Source of the DNA: Antedon mediterranea
Lineage: Eukaryota > Animalia > Echinodermata
DNA length: 64,000 nucleotides
Reading direction: 5' to 3'
Assembly (NCBI RefSeq): GCF_964355755.1
Contig: NC_092670.1
Span: 36,816,388 to 36,880,387, forward strand
Under the pieces are notes generated by a model. It did no database searches. It was not told the origin of the DNA and saw nothing but the letters and a program-made list of their open reading frames with translations. Position 1 is the stretch's first letter. Each line of letters opens with the position of its first letter. Shown here in pieces: positions 53,666 through 64,000 of the stretch. A program made the position numbers and the translations under genes.

Positions 53666-54090
53666 CAGAATGAATTTTGTCTACACAGAATTAATTTTGT
53701 CCACACAGAATTAATTTTGTCGTTACAGAATGAATTTTGTCGTTACAGAATGAATTTTGTCTTCACAGAATTAATTTTGTCCACACAGAATTAATTTTGT
53801 CCACACAGAATTAATTTTGTCTACACAAAATGAATTTTGTCTACACAGAATTAATTTTGTCGCCACAAAATGAATTTTGTCTACACAGAATTAATTTTGT
53901 CAACACAGAATTAATTTTGTCTACACAGAATGAATTTTGTCGAGACAAAATGAATTTTGTCCACACAGAATAAATTTTGTCAACAAAAAATGAATTTTGC
54001 AATACAAAATGAATTTTGTGTTGACAAAATGAATTTTGTATTGACAAAATTAATTATGTGTAGACAAAATTGTAATATTTCGACAAAATT
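53666..54090. repeat. 20-bp minisatellite (right arm, resumes after the LTR element)
   Basis: Units like acacagaattaattttgtct, the reverse complement of the 45110-45712 array. Confidence 0.95.
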
Positions 54091-54640
54091 AGCAATGTCC
54101 CAAACGGCGCCCCGTATTGTAGCTTGTATAATAAAATTTCTAATAACTGTATTTGAACAGTATATTTTTTGTGTAAATACAGTACTTGTTTTGTATTTCT
54201 ATTATCTAAGTAAAATAAGATAGTCAATAATAGAAATTGACTATGGTCACACGTCGTTGTTGTTCGAGCATGCTCAGTAGTTAGAAGCCGGGAGAGGGAG
54301 GCGCATACGTACGTCACAACTTAACACACCTCTCAAATACGCAGGAAGCGCATGATGCACAAGAAATCAGCGTCCGATATTGAAAAGAGTAAGTAAATGT
54401 GTAGTAAATGTAACGTTCTGACAGCTTTATTTAAATTGAAATTTACAGTAGCGCCGATTAATCAAAAACGTGTTTATATAATAGAAATATATCTAGGCTA
54501 GGCCTGTTCCGTCCGCTCTACTACTAAAACGTCATTTCCCACGCGCACGGAATGGTAGGTAGCCTAGGCCTAGGCCCTAGCCTAACCGAGGAGAGGAGAG
54601 ACAGGCTACTTACTGCTGCTGAACTGAGAGGGCATTTATT

Positions 54641-55736
54641 GGCGCTAGTTCCGTTTCGCACCTGTCATTTATTTCGACTCAAAATGTGTTAAGAAACTTT
54701 ATCGTGAGTACCACACCTTAGAATTAGGCCTCAAAAATACTTTTACGAAGGAGATCACACAAAAAGTGACAAATAAATGCTTTAAATTGATGAATTTAGT
54801 TTCTCGCACATCGGTTCGTCAATTTCGCATACGCCATGTTCAATGTTGTTGTTTCTATGGAGCGCCAAAAGAGCAATTATAATAGAGGGCTAAAAACTCA
54901 ATATAATGCGTATATTTAATGCATTTATTGGTGAAAATTACGTTCAATTTTAATATATTTTGCCAATGTCAATGCAACGAAAATGTTACTGTTGATACCC
55001 TACATGGTTTTCGCAGTTTTCGTTAACTTTTAAGAATGAAAATCGACAAATTCATAATCCATATACATGCATGTACTGTATGTAGTTTTTATACCTCAAT
55101 GATCTAAATAATATTCGCCCTCTTAGTCTTAGGCCTAGGCTAGGTAGTGATGCTGATTTAGGCCTAGGGTTTTGTTGCATTGACATTGACAAAATATATT
55201 AAACGTAGTTTAGGCCTAAATCAGCATCACTACCTAGCCTAGGCCTAAGACTAAGAGGAATATTATTTAGATCATGAGGTATAAAAACTACAGTACATGC
55301 ATGTATATGGATGATGAATTTGTCGATTTTCATTCTTAAAAGTTAACGAAAACTGCGAAAACCATGTAGGGTATCAACAGTAACATTTTTGTTGCATTGA
55401 CATTGGCAAAATATATTAAAATTGAACGTAATTTTCACCAATAAATGCATTAAATATACGCATTATATTGAGTTTTTAGCCCTCTATTATAATTGCTTTT
55501 TTGGCGCTCCATAGAAACAACAACATTGAACATGGCGTATGCAAAATTGACGAACCGATGTGCGAGAAACGCGTCTGTATAAATTCATCAATTTAAAGCA
55601 TTTATTTGTCATTTTTTGTGTGATCTCCTTCGTAAAAGTATTTTTGAGGCCTACTTCTAAGGTGTGGTACTCACGAAAAGTTTCTTAACACATTTTGAGT
55701 CGAAATAAATGACAGGTGCGAAACGGAACTAGCGCC
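54641..55736. repeat. Large inverted repeat (~525-bp arms, ~43-nt spacer), foldback MITE-like
   Basis: ggcgctagttccgtttcgcacctgtc... at 54641 and ...gacaggtgcgaaacggaactagcgcc at 55736; arms highly similar with small indels. Confidence 0.92.
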
Positions 55737-56419
55737 TCCTAGTGTATATATAGTGTATAGGCTAGGCCCTAGGCCTATTTTTATATATTATTACTAGAGA
55801 GACCTGGTTCAGGTTGTCTAGGAAGACTAAGCCAATCACAATATGGATAAGAGGCTAGGCCTAGGCCGAAATTGGATGTTGCGCCTCAATGAAAAAAGAA
55901 GATATTTGCGTCAACTGTGATATTTCAACAGATTTTGTAGTCCTGAGTACACATAAGGCCTAGATAGTATAATAAATTAAATTAAGTGTACCACAATAAT
56001 CGTTGACATTGTTATTAATAACAACATCATATACTCAACAATTTTTAATTTTTAGTAAATCTACTAGGCCTAGTATAGTAAGCCTAGCTAGGAACAATTT
56101 GAATGAAAATACATAATTACATTGCATAATATTTTTCAGTATTATTATTTGATAAAAGCAAAGCCCAATAATCTTAATAATTTAATATCCTAGACTAACA
56201 TTGATAAATAATGCAAGTAATAATAATTATTTATTAATAACGTAAGAGAATAAATTATTATAAATATAAAATAAACGATTGGCCTACCTAGTACTAGGCC
56301 TATGTTTTTATAAGGAAAACGATAAATTAGACAGCAGGGATTTTCTTTTTTTGTTGCGCAATCATTCAAATTGCTCATAACAATTTATGTGTTTTGTTTT
56401 TTTCCAGTAAAGTAGCACC

Positions 56420-59400
56420 ATGAGTAAACCAAATGCATACAGAACTCCAAGCTCAACAAACAATGATTCAAAAGCACTACTGACATGTCCGTATGATAAA
56501 AATCACAAAATATCAGCGATGCGCTTTCCATATCATATCAGTATCTGTCGCAAGGTATAATATAATACTATATTAGTGCTTTAAAGAATCATTCCCTTCA
56601 GTTTTTTTATAAACACAGTAATGCATATGTATTACTTTAAAAATATTAAACCAGGTCATTCCTTGTTTTATTGTCAATTGATAAAAAGAGAAAAACAATG
56701 AAGTACCTAAGGTCTTTAGGCCTAGCCTAGCAGGCTTAGTTTTTTAGGCCTACCTGGTAAACAGCAGTAACATATAAACATTGTACCCAAGCTATAGGCC
56801 TTGCCTGACATTGTTGCTGCAATAGTTGTCTTTCTGTTTTTGCCAGAATCTGTTAATACAAATTGGGAAAACCTGGTTACATTACTTCCATTTGTTTTGG
56901 CTCTCATGATTTGATCGAAAGTTGGGTGAATCACAGAGGAAAAACAAAAATATCAATCCATGCGCGATGCATGTTGGGCTGCTTAACTTATTAGAATCTA
57001 CTTAATTTTCAAATTTTACCAATTTAAAGGACAATATATAGTTTGTTTTTTTTAGTTCGTTACCTTAAATTAAAACTAAAAAAAACATAGAAAATGGATC
57101 TTTAAAATGTTATACTAGCAGCTTTGAATATTTCTATAAGTATTTAAATGTTTCTTATTTCATTTCAGAATCACCCAACGGTAGATTTGGCTACATGTCC
57201 ATTTAATGAACGCCATATGTTTCCACGTCCGAAATTAAACTACCATGTAACAGTTTGCCCTGATAGGCGAATTATTGAACAAGACATGTTGTATGGTAAT
57301 GTTGTGTGTACACATTATATATTGACTAGTTGGTACAGTATAAGGCGACACTTCCAAGACCCAAATATGTAAAAACAGTATCCAACAACCCTGTTCTGGA
57401 GACACCCTATTATGAGTCAGACATATTTTTTGATGTCACCTTAAAGATGTATTGTCCCTTTGAAAAAATATTTTTTTTAATTTTTTTGTTGAACATGTCA
57501 TAATGTCACATGATATTTATTCACTTTGACTAAAAATTGGATCGGGGGAAAAAAATGATTTACTTGAAAAAACTGTAATTTAAAGCAAAAAATAGTCAAA
57601 TTGGCTGCCAGACAATGGGTTTTTGGTTGAATTTAACTGTTTTTTTTGTCATTATAAGTTAAAACATTATTTTTTTTTGTTTTTTTATATGGAAGTGATT
57701 AACTTTGTTAAAACTACAAAATGGCCTATTTAAAGTCTGATTTAATTAATCTTTATTTTTCGAATTTTTGAGGGAAAATACATCTTTAATAGATGGTTTC
57801 TAATAATCCAGAAATATGAATTGAAATTTATTTTAATGGATGTTAATTTGTATTTTTTGTTAAGACTCCCTGAAACAAAAGGGTGATGCATCCAATTATA
57901 AAGGGTGTACAGATGTACCGTCCTATACCAATACTTACCAACCACCGCCATGCTCTGAGAACTGGGAAGAAGGTAACTATAGTGTATATTATTTGTATGT
58001 AAAATCCAAAGGTAAATTACTGCAATAATGACAATGCTCTGAGTACAGTACAAAAAAAATAAGCACTGAAAAACTGGCAATGCTGTCGGTGGTAGTGACT
58101 GGATCTCAAAATAAAATAAGCAAAAAGCTATTACAAAACAATAAAGTGAAACAGTCAGAAACAATTGCAGAGCTTTTGGGGAACACAAGCCCTTCTTCAG
58201 TATGGGTCAGTCTAATTACCGAAAACAAACCGAAAACAAAATTTAAAAAATCTAAATACCGAAAACAAATTTTGTATAATATTTTTTTTAATGTCGCCCT
58301 CTATTGATGGGTGTTTCTAAAGCTAAGACCATACAGAGGCGCAAAAGTCATGGAAGACCCTAAGAAATGGTAGTGTGCACAAAATACAACTTAAAATCGT
58401 ACAAATTCAATGAAATAGATTACATTTACTTACAAAATCTATAAACCCATTTCGTTTTTAGTCTTTTAAAAAAAAAAGCATGATTTTATCTAACTTTGCG
58501 TTTTTTCGTCCCCGGTTTTCGTCACTTATTAAGTGAATACTGAAGCGATTAAGGATAAAAACGTTATTTACTCGACTACAGTAATTTTACTGAATAGATT
58601 TTATTGTGAATCCTTTATAGTGAGCTTGTTTTAAGTATACTTTATAGTCCCTAGTATCTTTGTATAATTATCTTTGAAAATCTATAATTAAATCGATCAT
58701 GATTAACCATAGTCAATTTACTTTCTAATTATTGTAAGGAGTAATGCGCTGGTTTCTGGATCAAAAATCGAAAGACTAAAATTAAAATATTTTTATAGAT
58801 TCTGTAAGTAAATGCGATGTTATCATTGATTGATTGCATGATTTTTAGTTGTATTTTATGCACACTACCATCGTAGGGTCTTCCTTGGCTTTTGCGCACA
58901 CGATTTTCTCTCTGTTATGGTCTTAGATTTAGAAACACCCATCAATAGAGGGCGACATTTAAAAAATATTATACAAATTTGTTTTCGGTATTTAGATTAT
59001 TTTATTTTGTTTTCGGTTTGTTTTCGGTTGTTTATGGTTGTTTTCGGTTGTTTAGGGTTGTTTTCGGTAATTAGACTGACCGTTCAGTATTTGTTATGTA
59101 ATAATGTATATTTCATATTTAATGCAAATATCTGCATATTTTTTTTACCATTGATACAGTATGAGGTCAATTTGGTCATTCTAAATCATGAGGTGTAGAA
59201 TTCTCTTTGTCATAACTTTTGATTAAAAAAAAGTTTTTAGTTAATACAGAGAACATTTTACCAGGACCATCCTTATAATAGTACAGTACTGTCAGCAGAA
59301 TAGGTCACCAGACTGTATTTGGTATATTAAAACAGAAACACAGCCCAGATCAATAAATCCAGTACAATATCTCTATGCATAATTCATAAACTAAAACAGC

Positions 59401-61691
59401 TTCAATTCCTTGCTCCATCTAATTAATGTTTATTTTCCCTACAGATGTACAAAATGAACGCACGTTTGATTACGATCCTCCGGAACGTTTGTCTCAAATC
59501 TATCGCAACACAAGTGGGTAAGTTTTTAAATTTTTTAGCTTACAGCTCTCTCTACACTATCAAACTTTATGTGACAAACAAAAAATGCGATGCGCCTATA
59601 TTTGGACATGATGATGTTATGTCACTACCATATTTAAGCATATCACTACCATATTTAAGCATATCACTACCATATTTGGGCACATCACACTTTTTTGTTT
59701 AGTGGTTCTTTTACTGTACTCTGCTACTCTACTTTGTAAGCTGTGTTATTCGGTGTAATACAGTAAAGGATTTAACAGATTTAAAAGTGTCTCCTAATCC
59801 CCGTCCTAATCAGTGGCATAACGGCTCTGAGCGCTCACTAGCTAAACTCGGGGACCCCGGAGCTTATTGGGGCCCATGAGCAGTGCCCAGAGGAAAAAAC
59901 AGGCATTAAAGTACGCCGAAAAATGCCAAAAACGCCCGAGGCCTCCAGTTATGATATTTGGTGGGCCACTTGGGTTTCCTTTAACCTTGAGCCTCTGCGT
60001 TACGCCACTGATCATAATAGTTGTGTCCATTTAGTAGCAGGGATTTTTAGTGTTAACATATAGAGTATCTCCCTTGTTCATTTCATGGTAAAGTGTCCCA
60101 TTATTAGAGGTGTCCCCTAAATAGGAGTGGTTTAAACCGGTCAGGTAAAACAGTTCATAAATGCATATTTATTGATTTGTCATTTTTCTACCTACTGTAC
60201 CAATAGAATGACTCCTTCTGAAAAGCGTGCCCACAAAGAATACCTGATTCGACAAGAAGAACGAAGAAAATTGGGATTGTAAGTCAATGAATTTATAATA
60301 ATAATAATTCACTTTAAATAGTAATTACAGTATAATGCTTGATTCTGAAAAAACTGTGATTGATTATTAGCAACATAATGCATGTACTATATTATGAAAT
60401 CCATGGCAAATTATTAAAAATAATGACAATGCTGTGGGTATAATTGGCTGTATCTCAGCGGAGATACAAAATAAAATAAGCAAAAAGCTAAATCAAAACG
60501 ATAATTAAAACATCCAGAAAAATTATCAGAGTATTCGAGCAACACTAGCCCTACTATTATTTTTAATATGTATTCCAATTGTTGTGCCTGTCATGACATT
60601 TTTTTTTGGTTTCATTATAAACTGAAATTATTTTTTTGTATTGATTTATGATTATAGTATATTTAAATGTATTTTTATGTATATTTTTATATTCCTTAAG
60701 ACCACCAGAGCCAGAGAGGTTTAGCCATGACTCCAAACCACCAGCATTAATACCGTCTTCAAAGCAAGGTCCTTTGAGGTTGCCTCGAGAACCCCCAAAG
60801 ACATACCAACAAGTTAGTCAAACTGCTATTGGTAAGAAATGTGTCCGCCTCTTTAGTTATGTTGAATGATTTAAAATTGACTCTTTTATTAAGTAATTAA
60901 ACTCTGAATGATGTAATACCAAATTTACCATGCAAAACAGTCCTGTTCACACAAAGATCACAAGAATCACTGTACAGTGATGTCACCACTCTTGAGGGTT
61001 CATCATATCGTATCAATGTGGACAGAGTTAAGAAATTTGTCCACCTCTTTAGTTTTATCCTGTTCACATGAGGAATCACTTTACACTGAGGTCACAAGAG
61101 TTCATTATATCGTATCAACGTGAACATAAGTGATTATTTAAACAGTTATTTTTGTCTTTTGAAGGTGGCCAGCAACTTGGTCTAATTGGTCTTGGTAGAG
61201 GAATGCTAATGAACAAACAGATAAAGATGGTAAGCCAGATTCAAGCTGAGGAAGCAAGGAAGGATGGCAAGCGGTCACCATCTCCTCAAGGTAAACACAA
61301 TACACATACACACAATCTACCAAGCAAGTAAAATTAATGAACTATTACATTGTTGTTATAACCTACAAAAGGTGTTTAGCACCTGTTTGGTCTTTCCTTG
61401 CCTTTTATATTTGTTTGCTCCTCTTTGTATTGTATATGTCAGAAACTTGAATAAATAAAAAAAATAAATGAATAAAACGAAATAAACAAATAAAATAAAT
61501 AGGTTTGGTATTAGACTTTATCCACCATATGTGTGACGTCTTTCAGAAATTCTTTTGTGGCAAACTCTATTCATACTTTTAACACTGGTGTTTCTAGAAT
61601 GTAATTTGTAACTAGATGTTTTTAACATTTTAAAGATTCTTAATTTTACTATTTTATATTTTTACATTTCTTGTCATTTTTTTGTCCGCTT

Positions 61692-61722
<31 letters not shown>

Positions 61723-63411
61723 GAGGAACGTCTCACTAAGCTAAATTGGCCTACACTATCTAATCGAAGAAATTATCTTCTGTTATCCTTTGTTTGTAAA
61801 TCACTTATTGGAACGGTTGATTGTAGTAGTGTTCGTCAATCTATAGTTGTTAATGGCCGTCACCTTGATACACTTAAGTTCATTCATCACTATGCTCGAA
61901 CCAATTGTCTTCATCATTCCGCTAACTATTAATATATTCCCTAGGTTGTGGGAAGAATTACCGGAAATGATTAAAAATTCTTTAATTTTAGACAGTTTTC
62001 AAATATTTTTAAATTCACTTAAATCACATGTTTTATATTGACTTTGTTGAATCGACTATTATGTATTTTATCCGTTTATTTTATATTGACACTGTTGATT
62101 CGTCTTTTTGTTTTTTAAATATTTGTATATAGTTTATTTTATATCATTGTTGTTACTTTGGGAGTACGGAACCTGAACTCTTGTTATAGTGATTAGGTTC
62201 ACTTTTAGGTTCCTGCCTACTCCCTTAGTTTCTGTGTTTTGTTTATTTGTAACTGGTTTTTGGCAATAAATAATAATAATAATAATATATCTTTTAATCG
62301 GATTTGTTGATAACCGACATTTCTTTGTTTTTTACGAAGACAATAAAGTTTCTTATATCGTCATGAGGTAATTTCCCGATTGATCGTAATACAAAACGGT
62401 ACTGGGTTTGGTCTACTAGCGTTCCTGCTCCCAACCAGTACATCCATTCATAGAAGCCTTAATGAAGTAAGCCTACCTGGTGGTGGCCATAGAACGGTCC
62501 CGAGATAACGACTATACTTCGGCTTTAGTCGATAGAAGATTGAATAAATTGTTAGAGATAGAGTATACGATGTTATGATTATGTGTAGATATGTGATTTG
62601 TTCTTTTTATTCCAATGATGTTATGTATTTAATAAATTTGTTATATCAATTAATTAAATTATCGTAGATTGCATATTATGCGATGAATATTATTTAATAC
62701 ATTTTTGATATATTATTATTATTATATTAATAAAAAAGATATTTGTTAGTATAAATTAAAAAATATTGATCTTAAGGAACTAGAGCTTCTTGTGTTGGGT
62801 CACTTGTTTGTTTCTATCTGAAATTTCTTATTTATTTCCATTTCTTTTTCTATATTTTTGTTACAACCATCTTCATTTATTGTATTTTACCTAGTTTTAT
62901 TGCAAAACTGAAACGCTTTCTAAACTTTATTTAGGTTTTGGTCGTGGCATGGCAGCAAATTTTGGCAACGCATCAAATCAGACAAATGGCAAAACAGATG
63001 CTTCAGAGGTAGGTTATCTCTGTATTTAAATAGATTTCAGAATATATCTAATCCACAGCCGACCTCAGGTAAATAAAGTTGAGGTCATCTTTGAAAAAAA
63101 AAAGACAATTTTACAGGTCATATAAATGTGACAAGATTTACCCTATTCCTATCAAATTCTTGGGAATAAGAAAAATGTTTTGACAATTTTTCTAGGCCAA
63201 AATGTATATTAGAATGGTTGGCCGAGGGCGAGGAGGCACACCACAGTTGCGAAATAAGAACGCGGTTCCATCTGTAGGGGGCCTAGCTGATCAACATGCA
63301 CAAAATGGTGATGCTGTCTGTATACCAGAATCAACAAGAAAAAGTGAAAAGGTTATTAGTAAGTGTGCTTTTGAATTATACTGTATTGTTTGTTGGACTG
63401 TCACATTGTAA
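56420..63411 (+). CDS. GTSF1: Gametocyte-specific factor 1 / Asterix-like protein (two CHHC U11-48K-type zinc fingers) with long C-terminal tail; 3' end uncertain
   Basis: Phase-consistent exons 56420-56554, 57169-57295, 57865-57972, 59445-59517, 60207-60278, 60701-60831, 61165-61290, 62935-63008, 63196-(63358 donor or 63411 stop). [42 protein letters not shown]; ENWEE acidic-Trp motif. Probable non-coding exon ends 54388. Confidence 0.88.
58070..58203 (-). mobile_element. Penelope pseudo-LTR fragment with degenerate hammerhead
   Basis: Minus strand CTGAAGA-A-GGGCTTGTGTTCCCC-AAAA-GCTCTGCAA; same family as 12778-12915 and 60424-60552. Confidence 0.65.
58204..59082. mobile_element. TIR MITE with 8-bp TSD (hAT-like)
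   Basis: ggtcagtctaattaccgaaaacaa / ttgttttcggtaattagactgacc ends; TTCAGTAT at 58196-58203 and 59083-59090. Confidence 0.85.
59811..60010. mobile_element. hAT-like MITE
   Basis: CAGTGGCATAAC ... GTTACGCCACTG ends; interior matches ~7983-8070 and ~29093-29180. Confidence 0.6.
61720..62287 (+). mobile_element. 5'-truncated CR1/L2-type LINE 3' end
   Basis: [17 protein letters not shown]...[14 protein letters not shown]...LK ORF2 C-terminal signature (frameshifted), then a UTR ending in AATAAA and an (AAT)n tail. Confidence 0.75.
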
Positions 63412-64000
63412 ACGTAATTGGTATGTAAAATATTCATTGGATAGATATGCTTGTATGCACATATTTTTATGGAGCATGGTGTGTTAAGCTCTGTCTACAC
63501 TATCTAACTTTATGTGATTACAAAATGTGGTGTGCCCATATATATGGACATGATTTCTTCTAGAGAAGACCCCAAATGATGGCTTATTACTATGTTTTCA
63601 TTTATGTACACACCTATATTATACTGTATAATGCCATTGTTGAACAAATAAATGTTTTTTTTAACTTTGATGATGTCATATCACTACCATATTAAGTATA
63701 TTTAGGCAAATCACACTTTTTTTGTCAAACTAGTTTGATAGTGTAAGACAAAGCTTTACATCATTACAGATTTTACATTGATGCAACACGGAAATGCTTT
63801 CACAAATTCGTAACAAATTGTAACATTTTTTAAGATTATTGTGCAATGTGGTATAGGATGTTATTGCATTATGCTACATTGTTTTACATTTTCGAATAAA
63901 TATACCAATTTAATTTATATTTTATTAAAACAGAAAAAGAAAATATTAAAACAGAAAAAGAAGAAAAGGTCAGCCAACCACTGTCCATTGACGACTCCTC

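Larger units (their letters stand above)
45086..54114. mobile_element. Foldback-type non-autonomous DNA element with minisatellite-filled inverted arms (host of the LTR element)
   Basis: Outer ends TA|tggggtgccgtatgggacaatgctaattttgtcgaaatattac and gtaatatttcgacaaaattagcaatgtcccaaacggcgccccg|TA. Inner arm sequence ttagccgagcctactcaagcgtgggacaaaacg at ~45713 is inverted at ~47882-47915. Confidence 0.85.

Overview
AT-rich, intron-containing animal genomic DNA, probably an echinoderm or similar marine deuterostome (inferred from gene content and repeats). Left half (~1-31.5 kb): an interrupted tandem segmental duplication holding two intact secreted C-type lectin genes (EPN/WND) and three decayed partial copies of the PSMD14 3' end. 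Middle: complete PSMD14/Rpn11 (- strand, 7 coding exons) head-to-head with complete INTS9 (+ strand, 19 coding exons). Then a foldback-type element with minisatellite arms, into which an intact 5.7-kb Gypsy-like LTR retrotransposon has inserted. That element has identical 182-bp LTRs with CG...CG termini, a 3-bp target-site duplication and an LADD RT motif, consistent with the Troyka group. It lies just upstream of a GTSF1/Asterix-like piRNA-pathway gene. Introns carry Penelope remnants with minimal hammerhead ribozyme motifs, a perfect 179-bp inverted repeat, a non-autonomous Helitron, SINEs and many MITEs. All calls were read by eye; no searches were run.
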